Assembly (NCBI GenBank): GCA_963816145.1
Contig: CAWFJP010000004.1
Coordinates: 128,001 to 192,000, forward strand
Direction: 5' to 3'
DNA from: an uncultured delta proteobacterium
GTDB lineage: Bacteria; Desulfobacterota; Binatia; UBA9968
DNA length: 64,000 nt
The first letter of the stretch is position 1; each line of letters begins with the position of its first letter. Positions 50,086-58,156 of this stretch are shown in pieces. The notes below the pieces were generated by a model. It saw nothing but the letters and a program-made list of their open reading frames with translations. It was not told where the DNA came from and searched no databases. The translations under genes and the position numbers were made by a program.

Positions 50086-51867
50086 ATGGGCGAGCGCTTC
50101 TCACAACTCTTGACGCGCACTTGCGCGGTCGGTTGTCTGCTCGGGGTGGCGGGGACGGTGTACTTGCTCGCCGGCTTGGCGGGTTTTGTTCACAGTGCGC
50201 TGCTCAATCTTGGTATCGCCGCGGTTCTTGCGGCGGCGTTGCTATTTTTTCTCGCTAACTTCTTTGCGTTGTTTACCCAGACCGGTTGGGTCGGCCGGAG
50301 CATCTGGTTCGGCATCTTGGTGATTCTGATCGGCGAAATTCTTCTCGGGGTTTTGCCGCCGACCAGCCGTGATGAGCTGACCCATCATCTGGCGATACCC
50401 AAGCTCTACGCCGATGCCGGGCGCATCGTCGAAGTGCCGGTGGCGCCCTACGCCTACTATCCGATGCTGGTCGACATGCTCTATACGCCTTGGATTTATT
50501 GGGGCTATGACTTCGTGCCCAAATGGATTCACGCGCTTTACGGCGCGCTCACGGGACTGCTTCTCTATGGGTATTTAGCGTGGCGGATGAACCCGGTTTA
50601 CGGCTTGCTCGGCGCCTTTTTCTTCCTCTCCACGCCGGTGATTTTGCGGCTCAGTCATTGGGGTTATATCGATCTCGGCATCACGTTTTACACCACGGCG
50701 GCGCTACTATTGCTCCTTCGCTGGCGGGAAGATCGCAACGCCCTCGGCGCCCTCGCGTTAGCCGGCTTGTCTTTGGGGTTCGCCGTAGCAACCAAGCCCA
50801 ATGGTTTGGTCGCGGCGCTTATAGTCACGATGTTGTTCGCCCTCGTCTTGGCCAGACCACCGCGGAAAAGTTTTTTTGCGTCGATTGGCGAAACCGCTCT
50901 ATTTGGCGTGCTCGCGTTCCTGCCGTTTTTCCCCTGGCTCGGCAAGAATTGGTGGCAAACCGGCAATCCTTTTTATCCGTTCTTCCCCGGTTGGTTCAGC
51001 GCGCAGCCGGGCGTGGGCGCGCAGGCGGCCAGCTATGCAGGCATCGGCATTTTCGCCAAGCGCGAACTCTTGTACGGCGAGGACGTCTGGCAGATTGTCA
51101 CGCTGCCGCTGCGGCTTTTCTTCTCCGGCCGGGACGACAATCCGCAGTTCTTCGACGGTGTGCTGACGCCGATTCTGATCTTGTTGCTGCCCTGGGCGTT
51201 TCGGGGAAAGTGGTCTGACGACAAGAAGTTGCTCGCCGGCTTTTCCCTGCTAACGCTTTTGTACGGGATATTCTTGGTCGATTTGCGGGTGCGCTATGTG
51301 TTGCCGATCGTCCCGCCGCTGGTCATTCTGATGGTTTACGGAGTGTTCAACATTTACACCCGGATCAAGCGACCGGCGATTTTGTTTACTGGGTTGTTGC
51401 TCTGCGCCGCGTGGCATGGCGCATTTCTGTGGAAATATGTCGCGGCGGCGGCACCCTGGCCTTATCTGGTTGGCGCGGAAAGCCGCGACGGCTATCTGAC
51501 GCGAACGCTCCCGGAGTATCCGGCGTTTCGCTACATTAACCGGGAAACACCGACGAATGCGAAAATTTATCTTCTCTTTGTCGGGCGGAGAGCGTATTAT
51601 TGTCAGAGAAACTATTTTCACGACGGCGGCGAGCTGCCGGGATTTCTTCTTGGCGCCATTCGCAACGCTAAAGGCATCGAACAGTTGGCACAGTCGCTCA
51701 GGCAAAAACAGATCACTCATCTGCTGATCCGTGAGGATCTCCTGACCGGATTTTTGAGCAACAACTTGACGGCGGAGCAAGCGCACCTGTGGAACGAATT
51801 CGTTGCCAGCCGGCTTCGGCTCAACTTTCGTGACCAGGGCCACGCAGTCTATCAACTGAATGGCTAA
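50086..51867 (+). CDS. Multi-TM GT-C fold glycosyltransferase (ArnT/PMT-like)
   Basis: Many TM helices, RDELTHHLAIPK, YIDLG, ATKPNG, TGNPFYP, RVRYVLP; coupled to a polyprenol-P GT2. Confidence 0.8.
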   Translation: MGERFSQLLTRTCAVGCLLGVAGTVYLLAGLAGFVHSALLNLGIAAVLAAALLFFLANFFALFTQTGWVGRSIWFGILVILIGEILLGVLPPTSRDELTHHLAIPKLYADAGRIVEVPVAPYAYYPMLVDMLYTPWIYWGYDFVPKWIHALYGALTGLLLYGYLAWRMNPVYGLLGAFFFLSTPVILRLSHWGYIDLGITFYTTAALLLLLRWREDRNALGALALAGLSLGFAVATKPNGLVAALIVTMLFALVLARPPRKSFFASIGETALFGVLAFLPFFPWLGKNWWQTGNPFYPFFPGWFSAQPGVGAQAASYAGIGIFAKRELLYGEDVWQIVTLPLRLFFSGRDDNPQFFDGVLTPILILLLPWAFRGKWSDDKKLLAGFSLLTLLYGIFLVDLRVRYVLPIVPPLVILMVYGVFNIYTRIKRPAILFTGLLLCAAWHGAFLWKYVAAAAPWPYLVGAESRDGYLTRTLPEYPAFRYINRETPTNAKIYLLFVGRRAYYCQRNYFHDGGELPGFLLGAIRNAKGIEQLAQSLRQKQITHLLIREDLLTGFLSNNLTAEQAHLWNEFVASRLRLNFRDQGHAVYQLNG

Positions 51868-52747
51868 CCCCGTCGAAACTTCAATCATCGTTCCCGTCTA
51901 CAACGAAGCGGAGAATCTGAAAAAATTAATTGGCCAGATTCATTCGCTCAGGATGCCCGACAGTGAAATCATCGTCGTCGACGATGGTTCCAACGACGGC
52001 AGCGCGGCGATCGCCATGGCGGCCGGCGCCAACGTCGTGCGCCATCCTTACAACATCGGCAATGGCGCGGCGGTGAAGAGCGGCATGCGCGCCGCCAAAG
52101 GCCGATTCATCGTCATGATGGACGGCGATGGCCAGCACAAACCGGAAGACATTCCCAAACTTTTGGCCGACGCGGACAGGTATCACATGGTCGTCGGCGC
52201 GCGCGCCAAAGGTTCCAAGCTGCGCATGCATCGCAACCTGGCCAACATGGTCTACAATCTGCTGGCGTCTTATGTGACGCGCTTCAAGGTCCAAGACCTG
52301 ACCTCGGGGTTTCGGGTGATTCGCCGGCGCGACGCCCTGCGCTTCATCGATCTGCTGCCCAATACCTTTTCCTACCCGACGACTTTGACGTTGGCCTGTC
52401 TGCGCTCTGGGCTGACCGTCCAGTATGTGCCGATCCAGACCCTCTACCGCGCCGGTCAGAGCAAGATCAGCTTGGTTACCGACGGCATTCGGTTCCTGCT
52501 GATCATCACCAAGATCGCGACTTTGTTTGCGCCGTTTCGGGTATTTTTACCGGTGAGTGTATTCTTCTTTCTCGGCGGGATTGGCAATTACATCTACACC
52601 TACTTGACCCAGAACCGTTTCACCAATATGTCGGTGTTCGCTTTGACCACCTCGGTGATCATTTTCATGTTGGGATTGATCTCGGAACAGATTGCGCTCT
52701 TGCGCATGGAACGCCAAGAGGCCGGTCGGCGGCATGATGACGGGTGA
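51860..52747 (+). CDS. GT2 glycosyltransferase (polyprenol-phosphate sugar synthase-like)
   Basis: IIVPVYNE, VVDDGSND, MDGDGQH, DLTSGFR, two C-terminal TM helices. Confidence 0.92.
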   Translation: MANPVETSIIVPVYNEAENLKKLIGQIHSLRMPDSEIIVVDDGSNDGSAAIAMAAGANVVRHPYNIGNGAAVKSGMRAAKGRFIVMMDGDGQHKPEDIPKLLADADRYHMVVGARAKGSKLRMHRNLANMVYNLLASYVTRFKVQDLTSGFRVIRRRDALRFIDLLPNTFSYPTTLTLACLRSGLTVQYVPIQTLYRAGQSKISLVTDGIRFLLIITKIATLFAPFRVFLPVSVFFFLGGIGNYIYTYLTQNRFTNMSVFALTTSVIIFMLGLISEQIALLRMERQEAGRRHDDG

Positions 52748-52775
52748 CCGGTGACGCGCCGGCCGCTATTTTTGG

Positions 52776-54014
52776 CTAGTTTTGATGACCGGTCGACGGT
52801 ATGAATTCGCGATAAAGTTTGTCGTACTCACCGGCAATGTGTTGCCAATCATAACGTTCCTTAACTTCGTCGTAGGCATTGGCGGCAAGGGCGGTTCGAA
52901 GCGCAGCGTTGCCCATCAGTTGCTCAATCGCCGCGGCGATCTCTTGCGGTTGGTTGGGTCGCACGAGGATGCCGCTGTGCCGGTCGCGCACGACCGCGTC
53001 GATGCCGCCGGATCGGGTCGCCAAGACGCATAGCCGGGCGGCGAATGCTTCCAAGAAAACTACGCCTTGACCTTCGCTATCGCCGGAGCGCGCCTCCATG
53101 GACGGGGCGACGAAGAGATCGGCGGCGGCATAGAAGTTCGGCAGGTCCTGATTGCGCACCATGCCCCAAAAGCGCACCTGCTTATCGATGGCCCATTCCA
53201 CCGCGGCCTTTTCCAGCGCCACTCGGCGTTCGCCGTCGCCAACGATCCAAAGCCGGGTGCGCGGCTTGAGATCGGCCGGCAATAATGCGAGCGCGCGCAG
53301 CAAATCATCAACGCCCTTTTTCTCTACGAGCCGGCCAACGAAGAGCAACAAAAATTCGTTCTCAGCCAGCAGCGGGCGCAGAGCGTTGCGGTCGCCATTG
53401 GCGAAACGGCCGATATCGACGCCCATCGGTATGACCCGGGTTGGGGATGTCGACATTGGGTCGCCGACGGCCGAGGAGGTCGCTACGGTGTTGGCCGTCC
53501 AAGCATCGCTCTTGGAGACCACCAGCCGTTTTATGAATGAATTGAGCCGGCCTTTGAACGCGAAGGCATCGGCGCCATGCGCCGTGGTCACCAGCGGGAT
53601 CGGGTGGATTGTTTTTGCCAGGATGCCAATCAAACCCTGGGGCAGAATCCAATGGGCGTGGAGTAAGTCGAATTTTTCCCGGCGGAGTAAGCGCAGTAGC
53701 GTCCACAGCATGGCTACTAGATAAAACGGAACTTGCAGCCAAAGCCACGGCGAGTGGCTGAGATTGGGCATGATGCCGGAGCCGTAGGCGAGCTTCTGCC
53801 AGCGCCGCGGAAAATATTGGAAGCGGTGCACCGTGATGGCGCCATCGATGGCGGTCGCACTCTTGCCGTCCGCCGGTGCCAGGACATGAACTTGGTCGCC
53901 TTGCGCGACCAACGATTCGGCAAAGTAACGGAGAAAAACCGCGGCCACGTCATGTTCGTCGCGTGGATAACTTGACGCAAGAAATAGCACCTTGATGGAA
54001 TCGCGCCGGCTCAT
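52776..54014 (-). CDS. GT4 glycosyltransferase
   Basis: LHAHWILPQG, IPMGVD, LFVGRLVEKKG, EGQGVVFLEA (Ex7E). Confidence 0.93.
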   Translation of the reverse strand: MSRRDSIKVLFLASSYPRDEHDVAAVFLRYFAESLVAQGDQVHVLAPADGKSATAIDGAITVHRFQYFPRRWQKLAYGSGIMPNLSHSPWLWLQVPFYLVAMLWTLLRLLRREKFDLLHAHWILPQGLIGILAKTIHPIPLVTTAHGADAFAFKGRLNSFIKRLVVSKSDAWTANTVATSSAVGDPMSTSPTRVIPMGVDIGRFANGDRNALRPLLAENEFLLLFVGRLVEKKGVDDLLRALALLPADLKPRTRLWIVGDGERRVALEKAAVEWAIDKQVRFWGMVRNQDLPNFYAAADLFVAPSMEARSGDSEGQGVVFLEAFAARLCVLATRSGGIDAVVRDRHSGILVRPNQPQEIAAAIEQLMGNAALRTALAANAYDEVKERYDWQHIAGEYDKLYREFIPSTGHQN

Positions 54015-54179
54015 GGTTGACACTGCCGTGAATTTAGCCGCGCCAGGGTTGGCCTATTGTGGGTGTTCACCAAGCTTGGGACCGCCGGTTCGAACCTGAT
54101 TAGGTCCAATCATTTATATTGATCAACTATCTTGTAGCGAGTAGAATACATTTTTAGTCCATAAAATCTACAAAACCAC

Positions 54180-55043
54180 ATGAATCTACGGACAAACCCA
54201 CAACCGGTTTGCGAGTATACGCCAGCGTCGCAATTAGCCGATCCCACTCGTCTGTGCCGTACCATGATCCATGATATCGCAGTATCGCGCGAGTTGGCTT
54301 GGCGCTTGCTGGCGCGTAACCTCAGTTCGCGGTACCGGCATACAGCGCTCGGTTACGTCTGGGCATTCTTACCGCCGATTCTTTCGACTGCGGTGTTCGT
54401 GTTTCTGCGCCAGAGCGGATACTTCACAGTCGCTCAAACACCGGTGCCCTATGCGGTGTTTCTATTTGCCGGTTTGATTCTCTGGCAAGTTTTCTGCGAC
54501 GCCATCGCCATGCCGTTGCGCATGGTGCAGCAATCTCATGCCATTCTGACGAAAGTGAATTTCCCGCGGGAGGCGCTGGTGATCGCCGGCATCGGCGAGG
54601 TCTTGTTCGGTTTCGTCATTCGCTTCGCGCTGCTGTTCATCGGTTTATGGTGGTTCAAAGTCGGCATCTCGCCATCGATGCTTTGGGTTCCTTTCGGCGT
54701 CGCCGTTCTCATCGGTTTAGGCGTCGGTCTTGGTCTGCTGCTCACGCCCATCGGTATTCTCTATCATGACGTGGGGCACGGTTTGCCGTTTGTTCTCTAC
54801 CTTTGGATGTTTCTTTCGCCGGTGCTCTATCCGGCGCCGCAGTCCTGGGCGGCTTCGTCCGCTTGGGCCTTGAACCCGGTCGGTCCGATATTGGATACCA
54901 CGCGGGCTTGGTTGCTATCGGTGCCGCCGGAACATTTGGCCGGATTTCAAGCTGCTGCAGCCCTGGCGATTTTCACGTTACTCATCGGCTGGTTGCTCTA
55001 TCGTCTGGCCCTGCCCATCTTGATCGAGCGGATGAGCGCTTAG
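54180..55043 (+). CDS. wzm: Polysaccharide ABC exporter permease
   Basis: RYRHTALGYVWAFLPP, ILTKVNFPRE, WMFLSPVLYP, LNP. Confidence 0.92.
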   Translation: MNLRTNPQPVCEYTPASQLADPTRLCRTMIHDIAVSRELAWRLLARNLSSRYRHTALGYVWAFLPPILSTAVFVFLRQSGYFTVAQTPVPYAVFLFAGLILWQVFCDAIAMPLRMVQQSHAILTKVNFPREALVIAGIGEVLFGFVIRFALLFIGLWWFKVGISPSMLWVPFGVAVLIGLGVGLGLLLTPIGILYHDVGHGLPFVLYLWMFLSPVLYPAPQSWAASSAWALNPVGPILDTTRAWLLSVPPEHLAGFQAAAALAIFTLLIGWLLYRLALPILIERMSA

Positions 55044-55045
55044 CT

Positions 55046-56323
55046 ATGAGTGAAACTCCAGTCGTCACGGTCGAGCAAGTCTCGAAAAAATACTGCCGCC
55101 GCCTGAGTCATTCCCTGTGGTACGGCATGCTCGATCTCGCCACGGAATTGACGGCGCAGAGCGGCAACCGCGACTTGCGGCTGCGCCATGCGGAGTTTCT
55201 CGCCGTCGACGATGTGTCGTTTGAGCTACGTCCCGGCGAGTGCATCGGCCTGATCGGCCACAACGGCGCGGGCAAAAGTACGCTGCTGAAAATGCTCAAC
55301 GGTCTAGTCCGGCCCGACAAAGGCAAAATCACCATGCGCGGGCGCGTGGGAGCTTTGATCGAGCTTGGCGCTGGCTTTAGTCCGATCCTAACCGGCCGGG
55401 AAAATATTTATATCAACGGCGCAGTCCTGGGATTTACCAAGAGCGAGATTGACGCCAAGTTCGACGAGATCGTCGACTTCGCCGAGCTCGACGACGCCAT
55501 CGATGCGCCGGTGCAGACGTATAGCTCCGGTATGTACGTCCGCCTCGGATTCGCCGTGGCGGCGCAGCTCAATCCGGATATCTTTTTGATAGATGAATTG
55601 CTTGCTGTCGGTGATACGGCTTTTCGGATGAAATGCTTTCAGCACCTCCTCGACATGAAAAACGCCGGCAAGTCCATATTGGTCGTCTCGCATAACATGA
55701 TCGACATCAATCGCGTCTGCGATCGGGTTGTAGTGCTGGCGGGCGGCAAGAAGATTTTTGACGGCACGGCGCCGGCCGGCATCGCCACGTATGAAAGCCT
55801 GCTGGCCAAGCGGGGCAGCTTCAGGGAAAAACGGAATTTGGCGTCGCCCGCGTGGATTGAGCGTGTCGCGCTTTTCGATGCACTGGGATTCGAGAAAGAC
55901 GAATTTGAAACCGGTGAGGATCTGGTAGCCGAAGTAACCTTGTCAGCTGCGCAGAAAGTTCGCGATGCAAGGCTGGTTGTCAGTGTTATGACTCCTTCCT
56001 TGGGTACGTTAGGATCGTTTTCCACTCCCCACAATGGTTTTGCCTTCGATATCGTTCCGCCCAGAAACGTTCTACGTTTCTCGATACGATCAATGCCTCT
56101 GCTCATCGGGAGCTATAGCCTCGGTTTGCATCTGTACGGCCCGGCAATAAAAGATTTTCTTGATTCTAAAACTGACGCCGCATGCTTCAAGATTGTCGGT
56201 CCTGCCGTTGACGCCTTTGGCTTCGGTGTCTGTCACACCGTTTGCTTTCAGCATGATTGGGAAGTCATTGCCCGAGAATCCGGCCCGCTAAGTTCCCGGC
56301 CAGTGGTGCATTCGGCGAGGTAA
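55046..56323 (+). CDS. wzt: Polysaccharide ABC exporter ATPase with C-terminal Wzt_C-type carbohydrate-binding domain
   Basis: GHNGAGKST, LTGRENI, YSSGMYVRLGF, IDELLAVGD, then ~170 aa beta-rich C-terminal extension. Confidence 0.94.
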   Translation: MSETPVVTVEQVSKKYCRRLSHSLWYGMLDLATELTAQSGNRDLRLRHAEFLAVDDVSFELRPGECIGLIGHNGAGKSTLLKMLNGLVRPDKGKITMRGRVGALIELGAGFSPILTGRENIYINGAVLGFTKSEIDAKFDEIVDFAELDDAIDAPVQTYSSGMYVRLGFAVAAQLNPDIFLIDELLAVGDTAFRMKCFQHLLDMKNAGKSILVVSHNMIDINRVCDRVVVLAGGKKIFDGTAPAGIATYESLLAKRGSFREKRNLASPAWIERVALFDALGFEKDEFETGEDLVAEVTLSAAQKVRDARLVVSVMTPSLGTLGSFSTPHNGFAFDIVPPRNVLRFSIRSMPLLIGSYSLGLHLYGPAIKDFLDSKTDAACFKIVGPAVDAFGFGVCHTVCFQHDWEVIARESGPLSSRPVVHSAR

Positions 56324-56324
56324 G

Positions 56325-58127
56325 ATGAACGCGGTCCCTTTAACACGTAGCATCGAAGCTCTACGGACAAGTTACCGGGAAGCAACGAAAGTACCTATTG
56401 CGTGCCCGCTTTGTGGCGGGACAGAGAGTAACCATTGCACGAATGTTGACCGCCACGATCTCGGTCTTAACGTTGTCACTTGTCGGCGTTGTAGCTTGGC
56501 AATGATTTCGCCTCGCCCGGAAACCCAGTGGTTTGACTACTTCTACCAACAAAATTATTGGCCCGTCTACATCAGCTCCCGCTTTGAGGATCTCGATGAA
56601 ATGTTCACGGCGGATCGATGTGCTGAACGTGCCGAACAAATCTTTCACGCCATTGATGACAATTTTCCCCAAGCCCCCCAGAACTACCTAGACGTAGGGT
56701 GCGGCCAAGGAGCTATGATTGCGGAGTTTCGCAAGCGCTACCCAACTGCGCAATGCATCGGCGTAGAGCCCTCTGCTGATGCTGCCGATTTTTGCCGTCG
56801 TCGGCATGAAGTTACGGTTGAGGCGCTGCAATGGGATTCCTTGGATTCAGACACGCTACCCGGGCCGTTCGATGTCATCACCTTAATTCACGTTCTGGAG
56901 CATGTTGTTGACCCAGTCGATGTTCTCACCAAGGCCGTTGACCGATTGTCATCCAATGGCCGGATCTATGTTGAAGTCCCTGATCTTCTCTCGGATCGCT
57001 GGTCAGGCAAGGATTTTTTTCACATTGCCCACGTGTGGTACTTTCACGAACGCGCCCTACGTAATCTTTTCTTACGTTGCGGCTTGGATGTCACAGCGGT
57101 TACTCGTGGGGCCGCCGAAGTTTGGCCCTGGGCTATTGGTTTTGTCGGGAAGGCAAATATGAAAGGGCCTCAGCCCGCTGATGCGGTCCCTACGGTCCCT
57201 ATGAATTTCATTCATCGTCTTCAGGGCCATTTGGCCAGACGTGACGTTCCAGTTGCGGGGGTAATCCCCCGGCTACAACGTCAACTGAGAAAACCGCAAA
57301 AGAAGAATCTATCGGCCATCAATGCTTCCGGAAAGAAGCCGGTGCCAGACTGGATCAAAGTTCCAGTTCACGGGCTGCTACGAAAATATACGTCAGTGCG
57401 CATGGATGAAATTTCGGCATTGGAAAAACGACTTCGGGAAACTGAAAACCTCCTGGAATTTGTCGCAGCCGATGAGACACATCGCTGGCTGTACCAAAAT
57501 CGCCTTGAGCGCATGGATGCAACGCTGACTATTTTCGATGAAAGGCGTCGTCAGTTTCACCTTGATCGCTATCGCTATGCTTGCCGACAAGTTGCCGGGA
57601 AGCGCGTTTTAGACTGCGCCACCGGCACGGGCTATGGAGTGCGCTTGCTGCGCGAACTGGGTGGCGCCGTGCAGGCCTTCGGCGTCGATATCGAACGAAA
57701 AGCGATTGACTACGCGCGTAAGAATCACCAGGTTGAGGGGACGCAGTTTCTCTGTGCGTCGGCCGATTGTTTGCCGTTGCCCGACAGCTGCTTTGATGTT
57801 GTCGTCTCCTTCGAAACCATCGAACATGTGCCGGACGATCACGCTGTAATCGCTGAATTTCATCGGGTGCTGCGACCTACAGGCCGGCTAATCGTTTCCA
57901 CGCCCAATCAATGGCCGCTCGCGGACGCTCCGTTTCATGTTAGGGAATATGACCGGCGGTCTTTCGAGGCGGTGCTCGCCCCTGGTTTTGAATGCTTGGA
58001 AATCTATAATCAGAATTCCGGATCGGAAGCACCATTCAATCGAGGTCAGCCGCGAGCGATGGTTGCAACCAGTCCCGCCAATGAACAGCTCGCGGAATGT
58101 TTTATTGCGGTCTGCCGGCGCAAATGA
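56325..58127 (+). CDS. Protein with two class I SAM methyltransferase domains
   Basis: CPLC...CRRC zinc ribbon + LDVGCGQG...HVLEHV; second domain RVLDCATGTGYG...SFETIEHV...STPN. Confidence 0.88.
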   Translation: MNAVPLTRSIEALRTSYREATKVPIACPLCGGTESNHCTNVDRHDLGLNVVTCRRCSLAMISPRPETQWFDYFYQQNYWPVYISSRFEDLDEMFTADRCAERAEQIFHAIDDNFPQAPQNYLDVGCGQGAMIAEFRKRYPTAQCIGVEPSADAADFCRRRHEVTVEALQWDSLDSDTLPGPFDVITLIHVLEHVVDPVDVLTKAVDRLSSNGRIYVEVPDLLSDRWSGKDFFHIAHVWYFHERALRNLFLRCGLDVTAVTRGAAEVWPWAIGFVGKANMKGPQPADAVPTVPMNFIHRLQGHLARRDVPVAGVIPRLQRQLRKPQKKNLSAINASGKKPVPDWIKVPVHGLLRKYTSVRMDEISALEKRLRETENLLEFVAADETHRWLYQNRLERMDATLTIFDERRRQFHLDRYRYACRQVAGKRVLDCATGTGYGVRLLRELGGAVQAFGVDIERKAIDYARKNHQVEGTQFLCASADCLPLPDSCFDVVVSFETIEHVPDDHAVIAEFHRVLRPTGRLIVSTPNQWPLADAPFHVREYDRRSFEAVLAPGFECLEIYNQNSGSEAPFNRGQPRAMVATSPANEQLAECFIAVCRRK

Positions 58128-58156
58128 GTCTATGAAAAGGGCAACATTCCAGTCGA

